A stretch of 63,236 nucleotides of DNA, filler included, from Octopus bimaculoides (GCF_001194135.2; 4 parts of 4 records of this genome joined end to end with filler, not necessarily neighbours in it); one strand, 5' to 3'; shown: positions 38,411 to 50,639, counted from the whole stretch's first letter. The notes: generated by a model not told the origin, from the letters alone. Numbers and translations are program-made.

Positions 38411-39231
38411 ACCAATTAAAGCAATTGTTTTAATATTCTCCATAGAAATATTTAAATATAGCACATTTTCATCGTCATCGTCGTCGTCGCAATCGCCATC
38501 ATTATCATCATCATCAGCAGCAGCAGCGGCGGCAGTAGTAGCACCGACAGCAAGTACGATCCCCACCATTATCGGCATCGCCGCCACTGTCTCATCATCA
38601 TCATCATCAACAACCACAACAACAACAACGGCAGCAGCAGCAGCAATAACAACAACAATAGGAACCGCATTTCCCTTTCCCAATTGAAGTGCCTCATACC
38701 GGAGATTGTTTCTTTCATGAGAGAATTACACCCAATAATTTTGAATTCCGGTTCATTTGGAAGTAATTCTATTGGCACTTACTGACACCAGGTCCCTCAC
38801 ACCCGTTTACCTTATTCTAACTCCTCCCACTAAACGCAGCAGTCTTTGGGAAGTATTTTATCTTACATTGAATTCCCAGCTCAGGGATTCTAACACAGTA
38901 GAGTAGGTATGGAAAAGGGCGATGGGGCGGTCCACCCCAAGCGACACTTTTATTGGGACAGCACTTCTGGGTCGGCTGTATAAGTTTGTATAGGCTTGGT
39001 GGCCCAGGGTGTGTCGGGGGAACTCAAGAGTTGATTCGGGAAGTATGATCCGAGTGGTATGTACTCTTGCTGTGTCACTGTCCTAACACCACTACTTCTA
39101 TCTCGCCATATAATTTTACTTCTATCGAACCATTTCATGAAATGTTAAAATTGTTTTCATTTTTTATTGCAACATTAGCTTTATTTAAGTAAAGACTGAA
39201 TCACAATTTAATTATAAGGATTCACAGAAAT

Positions 39232-39480
39232 TTTTTTTTTTTTAATGGGGAATTAAGCAACAGAAGATGAGATGGGGGACTACACCCCAAACCAAATGGG
39301 GCTCATTTCTCAGACGGGCCGTAATTATCTCGATTTTGCGGAGGAAATCGGCAGCGGAGGGTTCGAGAACATCTGAGGTCTCGAAGGTATCCAGCAGAAA
39401 CTGATAACTGTCGGTCAGGCTCCTTTTATTGTTTTTTCTTCTTTTTTTTAAGTCTAGAAAAAAAGGTATAGCCCCTTAAT
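39232..39480 (-). mobile_element. Possible 3' end of a retroelement with poly(A)
   Basis: Relatively GC-rich; minus-strand open frame RSLTDSYQFLLDTFETSDVLEPSAADFLRKIEII...PH* runs directly into a poly(A) (T-run 39230-39243); family not recognised. Confidence 0.3.
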
Positions 39481-41419
39481 CCTTTGTAGGACCACTATGA
39501 CAAGTGTAATAGATGGAGGGAGGAAGGTATCTTTAAACTGGAGATCTGACCCAAATGTTTGCAAACAGACAGTATTCTGTTGAAGGTAATCAAGGCGCCA
39601 GTTAGTGGTGTTAAATTGATCAACGAGTTAAATATCTCACCTGAATAGGTCGTGGTGAGATTTGAACGCAATACGCGAAGAAACGGAATACCGCAAAGCG
39701 TCAGCCCCGACATTGTAACAGTTCAATCTATTACCGTAGATTGATTCTTTTTTCTTGTCGTCTACACTAACATCTATTTTCCTCTTGAATAATATTTCCC
39801 AACATTTTGTCCTTTACAATTACATCTATTCTCCCACCCTTTGTCCTTCACTTTCCATCTACCAAATCTACTCCTAAGATTTTAGTTGGCTCGGGGCTAT
39901 AGTAGTAGACACTTGTTCAAGGTGCCGCGCAGCAGAACCGAACACAAGACCACGTGGTTTGAGAAGCACGCTTTCTTAGTCACACACCCACTTCACTTTC
40001 TAAGTTCCAATTTCGTTAGGCTTGACTTCCTCGTTTATTAACTCCATGGTTCGATGAAAGAAGTATCACTGAAATATAATATTAAAGGTTGATATTAAAT
40101 CGTTAAATCGTCTGTACAACCTCTTCCGTCATTTCTGCCTTCGTGGCTAAGATGGAAATCATTAAATCATTGAAATACTACTACTACTACTGCTGTTGTT
40201 GTACGTTGTTGTTGTGAGAGAAGTGTAGTTTACTATCCAACGGTGGAATCAATATTGTTGGATTCAGTGGTACAGCAAAACAAAAGAAATGATATGATAT
40301 GAGGAATCTTGAACTGAACAAATTCCATTCTTTGTGCCTGAAACGGAATACAAAACGCTACGCGCGCGTGTTGTATGTGTACGTGCGCGTGCATGTATGT
40401 GAATGTGTGTGTCTTCAGCTGTGTCGTTGTATCTATATTCATGACTTGGTTGATAAGAAAAAGCTGTAGCAAATCAAAACAAAAATACGAAAAGAAATGA
40501 AAATGATAGTATAAAAACCTGAGCTTTTTTCTTTTTTTTTTCCTTGGGTGGGGGGGTCCTATTCGTTTTCTTTCTTCAGTGAGTTTTTTCTTTTATTTCC
40601 GAATCTTTCATAAATATTTCAGTAATCTTTCATTGGAGAAGGAGCAATATTCAAGAAGAAAAGAAGGAAGGAGAAAGAGAGAAGCTTCGGTTATCTTTAC
40701 TGACTTCCTTTATTGAAAATATTAGTCATTCATGGGAATTAAGACTATAATATCGTAGGCGGGTTCCGCCGGACTATTTCTTCAAAGGAACGTTTCATAA
40801 TACCACCGTTCAATGTTTTCTTCATGCGAGATTCATTCGGTCTCTATTCTTTAAATATTATATCTCTAATTACCTGAATCGAACGTTATTTTCTTCTACA
40901 GATATTGACGTTATTGTTATTAATTTGTGGGGTTTTTTCTCTCCTCGTTATTTGAAAATATCTTTCATAAATTGGAGAATAACTGTGTGGGCGATATTCA
41001 GATTTGTTTTCAACTTACTCCTAAACACCATAATACATACCCACTACACACACATTATATATAAGTATAATTACATTATATATATATAGGGGCATCGAGA
41101 TACAAATCCACAAGTATCGGAAATGGTTTAAAGGAACAGCAGGCCGTAATATATATATATATATANNNNNNNNNNNNNNNNNNNNNNNNNNNNNNNNNNN
41201 NNNNNNNNNNNNNNNNNNNNNNNNNNNNNNNNNNNNNNNNNNNNNNNNNNNNNNNNNNNNNNNNNNNNNNNNNNNNNNNNNNNNNNNNNNNNNNNNNNNN
41301 NNNNNNNNNNNNNNNNNNNNNNNNNNNNNNNNNNNNNNNNNNNNNNNNNNNNNNNNNNNNNNNNNNNNNNNNNNNNNNNNNNNNNNNNNNNNNNNNNNNN
41401 NNNNNNNNNNNNNNNNNNN

Positions 41420-42324
41420 AGGTTTGGTTAAATAACTCAGTAGATGCTTCGGATATATCGATATTTCTATTTCTAACTAACGGTATTTTGAAGATTTGCT
41501 GAGAAAATATATCCAGTGAATCTCGAGGTAAATAGAAATGATGACTGCGTAAAACAGATTAACTATTTAGATGTGAGAATAGAGTATTTATAATAAGACT
41601 GATAGTTTTAATTTCCGCGTTACATAGTTGCTCTAGGAGGATAGTAGAATTCCTCTTTGGGTGAGTTTTAACGCATTTTCCATTCAAGTCAGTAGATATG
41701 ATAGAATTATAAAGTTGGGATGATTTTGGAGAGCACTAATCTGTTAAAGGCGCCCATGGAAAAGCAAAAAGTAGTAAAATGTTGGCTAAATGCTTTAACC
41801 GTTGCTTAAGTAAACAAGATGACATTTTGAGGACGTTTGAAATGATCTCGAGTTTACAGTTGAACTCGGAATTGTAAGGAATGTTAATTTTTTTTTAAAA
41901 CCTGGGTATCGTTAAATCACAGTTTTGGAGTTTGGTTATTATTCAGTGTTGGGTACAACGTCACTTCCGCTGGTTAGATATCAATTACTATCGGGTATAA
42001 CGTCACTTCCGATAGGTAGTTAAGATTGACTTCCTCTTGTTGACAGATCTCGATCTTTCGGTTTTTTTGGCAGCCTACGGTTTCTATTAATTTCTCTGCA
42101 AGAATGGGGTTTCGCTATATATAGTATTATTTCGATAGTATTTTCGTTTTTGTAGTATTCAATGTTTGTAGTTTGTAAGTGTACATGTTGACTTAAGCTA
42201 CATATATATTTGTTTAGTCTATAATGTAGGGTGATTTGAGTTGTTCCCCCAATAATGAGCTCGTTGGCAGTTTAATTATAATGGATTATTTAGTCTATTT
42301 GTAGTTAGGACGTGTTATTAGTTA

Positions 42325-42335
<11 letters not shown>
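41420..42335 (+). mobile_element. Penelope-like element 3' fragment (RT catalytic/thumb region plus 3' non-coding end), bounded by a (TA)n-edged gap and (TA)n
   Basis: RCFGYID-ISISN (cf. FRYIDD), KIYPVNLEV...INYLDVRI, YNKTDSFNF...DSRIP...SIQVSRYDRI (cf. IYPxEL...FLDLxI...YDKRDDFNF...SNIP...SQLxRYAR). Confidence 0.8.
41951..42012 (-). promoter_or_regulatory. Pair of ETS/CRE-like composite motifs (CGGAAGTGACGTT) 42 bp apart
   Basis: GGGTACAACGTCACTTCCGC (41951-41970) and GGGTATAACGTCACTTCCGA (41993-42012); function untested. Confidence 0.35.
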
Positions 42336-42361
<26 letters not shown>

Positions 42362-43489
42362 NNNNNNNNNNNNNNNNNNNNNNNNNNNNNNNNNNNNNNN
42401 NNNNNNNNNNNNNNNNNNNNNNNNNNNNNNNNNNNNNNNNNNNNNNNNNNNNNNNNNNNNNNNNNNNNNNNNNNNNNNNNNNNNNNNNNNNNNNNNNNNN
42501 NNNNNNNNNNNNNNNNNNNNNNNNNNNNNNNNNNNNNNNNNNNNNNNNNNNNNNNNNNNNNNNNNNNNNNNNNNNNNNNNNNNNNNNNNNNNNNNNNNNN
42601 NNNNNNNNNNAATCCATGATAGAAAATTCAACAAAGAAAGTACTCCATCTGGTAAGAGATAAATATTATTTATTTAAATAAATAATATATATGTGTGTGT
42701 GTATAATTTTAAATTTCATTTCATTTTATGTCCCTTTTTTATTTTATTGTTTGACTTTTAGTAAACAATTTATTTGGTTAATATATTTTATAGTATTGAA
42801 CTTGTTTCATAGATATTGATATAAGCTTGTCCTTTTCTTTGTACATTGTTCGAGGGCGTTCTTTACGAGATGTACTATTCCACTAATCTTTATCAGGTTC
42901 GTTTTTGGTGTGATATCATGTTCGTGATGTGATGTTGATTGAGAAACAATGTATCTAGTAGTCTATGTTTGTGATATTTGTCTGAATGTCCTTTTTGGAA
43001 TGAGTTCTTTGTTATAATTACTATACTGTAGCAATAAGTTATCATTATTTGTTTACTCTAATGTTGCTACTTGTAGCAATATTCTGCTGGATTCCCTGGC
43101 AGCGATTATATTTCAACGCTGTTAACACCGCCGGATTGAATGGTACTGACTAGATGTTAAAACCATAGTGATATCTGTTTGGCAGCTAATGATGGGAATG
43201 CACATTTATTATTCTTGATAGTGAATTTCTTATATCTTAGTCTTGTTATTCTGAGTTGTCCTTCGTATTGTTTTGTTTTCTTCGTAAGTAACCTAATATT
43301 GCTTAGATATTGGTGACTAGTTTTTTGTTTTTTTTCGTGTTGGGATTCTGTAGCACACACACACACACATACAAGTGACAGTACGTCGTAGAGACTCCAA
43401 AGTAACAGGTTACTGAACCGACTCACGAAGTGATATGAAATGGTTTTAGGGCAAGTTATGTTTAATAAAAAAAACAACTTATTTACCTA

Positions 43490-44331
43490 AGTTTTAACGT
43501 CATCTCATTCGAAATAGCTGCCTTGCACAGCATTTCACCGATCCCAGCGTTCCTGTCACTTTTGGAATCCGACCCGGAAGTCGTTTTCCGTAAGCTCTGG
43601 ATCTCGACAATGGTGTTAAAACGGCTATCTTTGAGCAGCATCTTCATCTTGGGGAAGGGATAGAAGTCTGCAGATGCTAGATTTGGCGAATAGGGTGGGT
43701 GCGGAAGTGATACCATGTTGCTTTTGGCGAGAAGCTCACGAGTGAGAAGATCTCGGTGACAGGGTGCGTTGTCGTCGTGAAAAAATCCATTACTTCATGC
43801 TCCACATGTCCGGTCGCTTTCGCCGAATGTCCTCCCTCAAACGCTTCAAAAGGTCGCAGTAGAACTCCCCCATTGACAGTCTGACCCGGGGGGGGGGGCG
43901 AATTCTCGATGCACAATACCAAATTTCTGCGGAAGACGCTCGTGGCAGGTCTTCCAGATCGTTCATCGTCTTCCAGAGACGTTCATCAGGTTTTGAAGCG
44001 TCCGTGATGCTAGAAACATTGTGTATGACCCATTGCCTTGTCGCCGTAAGTTTGTCGAAGCATGCTCAATGTCTCTGTAGCAGACTTCACGAGTTTAATG
44101 CAAAATTTCACGTTGGCTCTTTGTTCCTGAACACGAAAAAAATCGCAGATTACAGCATAAACGTGATCATATATACACAAATTTCACAACTTGCAAAGTA
44201 AACATAGCGATGTCACTTGGCACATGACCTCATGAAGATCAGTGCTAATTCTCACTGCGCATGCAACTGTGTACTGCCATCTGTTGGCGCGCTACAGAAC
44301 TAGTTCGGGAACTTTTTGATACCATCTTGTA
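43490..44331 (-). mobile_element. Mariner (Tc1/mariner) transposon, internally deleted and pseudogenised
   Basis: EQRANVKFCIKL...SLEDDERSGRPATS, PPGQTVNGEFY, HDDNAPCH, HPPYSPNLASADF; 5' TIR TACAAGATGGTATCAAAAAGTTCCCGAAC at 44331-44303; other TIR not recognisable. Confidence 0.93.
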
Positions 44332-45109
44332 AATGTATTTTAAAGACAGGCTTATTGTATGGTACACAACCATACAAACAGACGCACGCACACACACACA
44401 CACTCACTCACTCACATGCGCAATCACTTACACACAGACAAAAAAAAAATAATTTTTGCTGCTTTCAGTCTTTGAACTGTCATCATGTTGGGTCCCAACC
44501 TTCAAGAGTTTTATTCAATCAAGTGAAAAAAATGACTGATTGAAAATACAGCTGCTTATAATGGATAATGACTTGTCGAAACTGATAGCTTTAGCTACTT
44601 TGGTTTCTGACTAAAAAGCTTTCAGCTAAATAACACAGGGATCCCAAGAGAAATTCACTGCTGGAAGCAGTCTGGTGAAACTATACGATGGGTATGTTAT
44701 TATGTAGGGGACGCAATTTTGACTATCGGGTGCAATGAGAAAGTAACTTAGGTCAGTCTGGATATTCAAGACTAAGTTGGTTATACATATACAACGGGTT
44801 CTTTGGGTGGAAGAGCTCTAAAAGAATATTTACACCTATTCTTTCCAGGATAAATTTAACTGAGACAATATAGAGTTCCGTGATTGGTTTAAAGTGGTAC
44901 TGAACCTGCAATCCTTCAATTTACCGACTTCTTATTTCAGCAGCAGAACTGGAACTGGAGAAAAAAATGAAATAATATAAATAATGAATTATAATATAAA
45001 TAATGAATTTATATATACATATTTATATAAGTATATGTGTGCGTGAGTAAGTGTGTATGTGAGTGTGTGTGTGCGTGTTTGACAATAAGCATAAATGAGA
45101 GCAACACAG

Positions 45110-45203
45110 GAGAGACAAGTTTTAACAAATGTTGTATTAGTTTAACGCTTAAAAAGATGAAAAAGTCTTTGACGTTTCGGACGCTAGTCCTTTCTCAGAA
45201 AAA
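45110..45203 (-). ncRNA. Repeat family F with near-intact minimal hammerhead motif (45166-45203)
   Basis: Minus strand TTTTT-CTGAGAA-A-GGAC(TAGC)GTCC-GAAA-CG-TC-AAAGA; all three stems form, single core change at G8. Confidence 0.6.
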
Positions 45204-45892
45204 TAAAAGCATGTGAAAAGCGCTTGAGGGATAAGAAAAAGAATGAGAAAAAAAGAATATATATATATATATATATATGATGCAAAAGTGCGAGTACATG
45301 CGTTTTAAATTCCAAATCTTTCATCGGGGTGAGGTAGTTCAAAGACAGAAAAGTCGGTGAATCAAGCATATATCGAAACCAAGTATATATCGAAGATAGG
45401 ATTGGGAATAAACAATAACACCGAAATGTATTTTGCGAAAATCTCCATATATAATTTATNNNNNNNNNNNNNNNNNNNNNNNNNNNNNNNNNNNNNNNNN
45501 NNNNNNNNNNNNNNNNNNNNNNNNNNNNNNNNNNNNNNNNNNNNNNNNNNNNNNNNNNNNNNNNNNNNNNNNNNNNNNNNNNNNNNNNNNNNNNNNNNNN
45601 NNNNNNNNNNNNNNNNNNNNNNNNNNNNNNNNNNNNNNNNNNNNNNNNNNNNNNNNNNNNNNNNNNNNNNNNNNNNNNNNNNNNNNNNNNNNNNNNNNNN
45701 NNNNNNNNNNNNNNNNNNNNNNNNNNNNNNNNNNNNNNNNNNNNNNNNNNNNNNNNNNNNNNNNNNNNNNNNNNNNNNNNNNNNNNNNNNNNNNNNNNNN
45801 NNNNNNNNNNNNNNNNNNNNNNNNNNNNNNNNNNNNNNNNNNNNNNNNNNNNNNNNNNNNNNNNNNNNNNNNNNNNNNNNNNNNNNNNNNNN

Positions 45893-45956
<64 letters not shown>

Positions 45957-48122
45957 GTGCGTGTGCGTGTGTGTTTATACATGCATATTTGGGTGCAGGA
46001 CTTCACCAACTGTACAAACAGCATGAAATACGTAAAAACAGGACAAGTAAACATCAGTTGTCGACTGTCTATCTACCCCTCATTTCGAGCATTCAAAGAC
46101 GACGAGTCTTCAAAGACAGTTGCTCCCATAAATTCTAAAATAAAATTTAGGATTTATGGAGGGCCACAGTTGGGAACACGCACATTTGCAGCATAGATAT
46201 ACGTCTTTGTATCTCAACTTTTCAAAATCAGAGAAATCTCTGAAACTGGTTAAGTTTTTAAAAATTCTAAAGTACAAAAATTTAAACAACGAATGTTCAT
46301 TTTCAAATATATATATATATATAATATGGTGTAATGTGTCTCGAATGGCACAACAATAACTATAATAACTGTTATAATTTAATCATCCATAGTCTCATAT
46401 AATATTTCAGAATACAAAAATTCCTTCTTCAGATATCCCTAGGAGATGATCGAGTCACTGATATAATCGCTTTTCTCCCGGAAGCGTCTCCACAGTGGTC
46501 TCACGAAGCTCCTTCAGGAATTCTTCATGAGAAATACGTGAGGGCGGCCATGTCTCAAGCTCGTGTGCCCTGGTACAACCGTAGCGCTGCTTCTAAGTTA
46601 TGTATTATACGCGCAGTTTCCTCTTTTTTTCTTTCTTCCTTTTTTTTTTTATAAATAATACATGAGCATGTTATCAAAAATGAACCTACACGCATCTAGA
46701 TGTAGCTAAATAATATATTGACTGCCAACGTCCAGCCTGTTGTTCATTTGGGGCCCTAGTCTGTCTATATATACATGTATGTATGCATGTATGTATGTAT
46801 ACATATCTATCTATCTATCTACCTATCTATCTCTCTCTCTCTCTCTCTCTCTNNNNNNNNNNNNNNNNNNNNNNNNNNNNNNNNNNNNNNNNNNNNNNNN
46901 NNNNNNNNNNNNNNNNNNNNNNNNNNNNNNNNNNNNNNNNNNNNNNNNNNNNNNNNNNNNNNNNNNNNNNNNNNNNNNNNNNNNNNNNNNNNNNNNNNNN
47001 NNNNNNNNNNNNNNNNNNNNNNNNNNNNNNNNNNNNNNNNNNNNNNNNNNNNNNNNNNNNNNNNNNNNNNNNNNNNNNNNNNNNNNNNNNNNNNNNNNNN
47101 NNNNNNNNNNNNNNNNNNNNNNNNNNNNNNNNNNNNNNNNNNNNNNNNNNNNNNNNNNNNNNNNNNNNNNNNNNNNNNNNNNNNNNNNNNNNNNNNNNNN
47201 NNNNNNNNNNNNNNNNNNNNNNNNNNNNNNNNNNNNNNNNNNNNNNNNNNNNNNNNNNNNNNNNNNNNNNNNNNNNNNNNNNNNNNNNNNNNNNNNNNNN
47301 NNNNNNNNNNNNNNNNNNNNNNNNNNNNNNNNNNNNNNNNNNNNNNNNNNNNNNNNNNNNNNNNNNNNNNNNNNNNNNNNNNNNNNNNNNNNNNNNNNNN
47401 NNNNNNNNNNNNNNNNNNNNNNNNNNNNNNNNNNNNNNNNNNNNNNNNNNNNNNNNNNNNNNNNNNNNNNNNNNNNNNNNNNNNNNNNNNNNNNNNNNNN
47501 NNNNNNNNNNNNNNNNNNNNNNNNNNNNTTCGTAGACGAAGAAAGAAGAAATATTGGTGGGGAAAGATGGACGAGAGATAAAAGAAATGAAGTGATAAGA
47601 GATAAGAAATAATGAGAGATGATGGAGAGTTGGTGGTGGTGGTGGTGGGGAGGAGATAAAAGACGAAACAGAATAACGTTGATGAGTAAATTGATGGTTT
47701 AACCCTAGTCTGACCAACCACCGAGTTCTGAGCTGCTAGAAATAGCAGCAATTGTTTTCTGAAGCACAAAGAAGGCAAGGTTGTGTGATCAAGACGTCCA
47801 CTTTGCTGCCAAATGGTTACGGGTTCGTTCCCCGTTTATGTGATTGATCCCAATGGCGTAGGTTCTGATGTGTGCCTCCCAGGGCCAGCACTTCAGTTTC
47901 CAACAGTAGCAGCAACATCAACAGCAACAGTAATAACAACAACAACAGCAAGAAAAGTAGAAAAACCGAGAATAACTACCACTATAGACACTGCCACCAC
48001 CACTACTACTACTATGGCATTGTTCCTTTTGAGGGCCAAGTAAATGTCTGGAACGATGTTTTGGCTCAAATGTTTGTTGTATTCTCGCAAAGACAAATTG
48101 CTTTTACTCCAAAATTCATAAA

Positions 48123-48247
48123 AACACGCGATGAAGGCTGGAGGGTATATCAGCCGAAACGTTGTGTTAACAACAAACAAGATGAGGACAAATTTCTGTC
48201 AAATGTAAATAATGTACATAATTCCTCACCTCTTGAATATAGAACTG
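48123..48247 (+). mobile_element. SINE family D tail only (5'-truncated), hammerhead motif with perfect stems but mutated core
   Basis: AACAC-GCGATGA-A-GGCTG(GAGGGTATAT)CAGCC-GAAA-CG-TT-GTGTT plus the same downstream tail as 2713-2795. Confidence 0.85.
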
Positions 48248-48250
48248 TAA

Positions 48251-48285
<35 letters not shown>

Positions 48286-48689
48286 CAGCNNNNNNNNNNN
48301 NNNNNNNNNNNNNNNNNNNNNNNNNNNNNNNNNNNNNNNNNNNNNNNNNNNNNNNNNNNNNNNNNNNNNNNNNNNNNNNNNNNNNNNNNNNNNNNNNNNN
48401 NNNNNNNNNNNNNNNNNNNNNNNNNNNNNNNNNNNNNNNNNNNNNNNNNNNNNNNNNNNNNNNNNNNNNNNNNNNNNNNNNNNNNNNNNNNNNNNNNNNN
48501 NNNNNNNNNNNNNNNNNNNNNNNNNNNNNNNNNNNNNNNNNNNNNNNNNNNNNNNNNNNNNNNNNNNNNNNNNNNNNNNNNNNNNNNNNNNNNNNNNNNN
48601 NNNNNNNNNNNNNNNNNNNNNNNNNNNNNNNNNNNNNNNNNNNNNNNNNNNNNNNNNNNNNNNNNNNNNNNNNNNNNNNNNNNNNNNNN

Positions 48690-48731
<42 letters not shown>

Positions 48732-48897
48732 GACGAGTTTCTTTCAGTTTCACAGTTTCCGTCTACCAAAATCCACTGAAAACGCTTTTGGTCAGCCTGG
48801 GACTATACCAGAAAACACTTGCCCAAGGTGCCACGCGCTGTGATTGAACCCAGAACTATGTGGTTGGGAAGCAAACTTCTTACCTTACAGCGAAGCC
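48732..48897 (-). mobile_element. SINE family B 5' half
   Basis: CCGTCTACCAAAATCCACT...ACACTTGCCCAAGGTGCCAC. Confidence 0.85.
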
Positions 48898-48927
48898 TGG
48901 GCTTATATACACATACATACATACATA

Positions 48928-49470
48928 TAAACAGGGAGAGCGACATGGCGTCTGATCGTTCTATTCACTGATTGAATATGACAGGAGCTGGCAGGAATAG
49001 AACGAAATACGTCCAATCGAAGAGAATATCAGTATTAAAATATAATCTTGAAATTCTAGTGAAATATATTTGTGAATTCTAACTGGTTTTATAGTTTAAA
49101 TAGCTATAAAAATGTGCGTGATTGAGATAAGTTTTTGGGTATATATATATATATGGACGTAAATACATTCCTGTTTATACACACACATGTAAATAGGGAG
49201 ACAGACATTGCGTTTGAGGTGTTGAATTGTTATATTCATTGTTTGAATATATAGCTGGAGCTGGCAGGAATGGCACGAGTGAAGTCCAACTGAAGAAAAT
49301 ATCAGGATTAAAACATAATCTTAAAATTCTAGTGAAATATATGCGTAGATTCCAACTAGTTTATTTAGATCGAAGGATGTATGTGGATGTGACAGGTGTC
49401 TTTGTGTATATACGTATATGGACGTAGATACTTACAGGTTTATTAGTTACACATTCACAAACACATAAAT
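48928..49470. repeat. Old tandem duplication, period ~262 bp
   Basis: Shared GGAGCTGGCAGGAAT, AATATCAG.ATTAAAA.ATAATCTT.AAATTCTAGTGAAATATAT and TATATGGACGTA.ATAC. Confidence 0.85.
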
Positions 49471-49524
49471 AGACATAGTAACCTGGATTTTGCTGACAAC
49501 CTAGTTAGTATTGTTGTTTCGCAG

Positions 49525-49560
49525 TCAGCAACAGGTGTAAAGGAAGACACAGCGATAAGG
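49525..49560 (+). other. Candidate 36-nt frame-preserving mini-exon (SATGVKEDTAIR in phase 0)
   Basis: TTGTTGTTTCGCAG acceptor and G|GTGAGG donor; could be chance. Confidence 0.25.
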
Positions 49561-50321
49561 GTGAGGTCATCGGAGAATTGTGAAACTTAGTGAATCACGA
49601 GCAGAAGAGAAACGATAAAACTGGTCCGTACATTGCTCGAGGAGGTAGAAACCTTCAGATTGCTGGGCAGAAGCATTGACAAGAAATGCGGTACGTCTAC
49701 AGACAGACATTAGAGCTGAACCAGATCATCCTTTCACATACACGCAGATGAATGGACAAATAAAATATAATTCCATACCTTTATGTGGGGTTTGGGTGGC
49801 TTGGAATTGATTGTCCCTATCTGTATGTATCTCAGTTGGTCATATAACGAACAACTTGGTTAACGAACAGGGTTCCGAAATGGATTAGATTCGTATATAG
49901 AGCCCACCACCACAATGCGTATGCATGAATACATACATACATACATATACACACACACATACAAACATATATACATATATATATACACACACACACACAC
50001 ATACATGGATAGATAGGTATATATACACATATACACACATTCATATGCACAAAATGATGACAAAGAGGAAGAATACGGAAACGGTAAACGAAGAATGAAA
50101 GAAGAGAGGAAGACGAACGAAAAATCAATTAAAACATCAAAGTAATTAATATTTCCTTTAATTTGATAACCGAATTGCCGTAAACGTCTTTTGTTTACTG
50201 ATGACGTGTAAACTACATCTTGTCTACAGCCGTCCTCTCCACAATGTCGTATCCAGCCAATCTGTGTGTGTGTTTAATAGACTGTATTCGTACTCGTCTT
50301 TGATCTATACTCACATCAAAC

Positions 50322-50352
<31 letters not shown>

Positions 50353-50485
50353 NNNNNNNNNNNNNNNNNNNNNNNNNNNNNNNNNNNNNNNNNNNNNNNN
50401 NNNNNNNNNNNNNNNNNNNNNNNNNNNNNNNNNNNNNNNNNNNNNNNNNNNNNNNNNNNNNNNNNNNNNNNNNNNNNNNNNNNNN

Positions 50486-50519
<34 letters not shown>

Positions 50520-50639
50520 GCTTTGAGCAAAGTACCTTTCATCTGTTATCTCTTACTGGTTTCATCGACCCATGGAGTTGATAAACGGGGAAGACGACCC
50601 TAACGAAAGTGGAACTCAGTAACGGGAAGGGATGTAACT

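Noticed and set aside
38897-39095. GC-rich CAGTAGAGTAGG...GGGGCGGTCCACCCC segment resembling a hAT-type MITE end
   Set aside because: No clear inverted partner or TSD.
42611-42665. Good donor CTG|GTAAGA just after a gap
   Set aside because: The upstream part is hidden in Ns and the context (next to TA repeats) fits a repeat terminus equally well.
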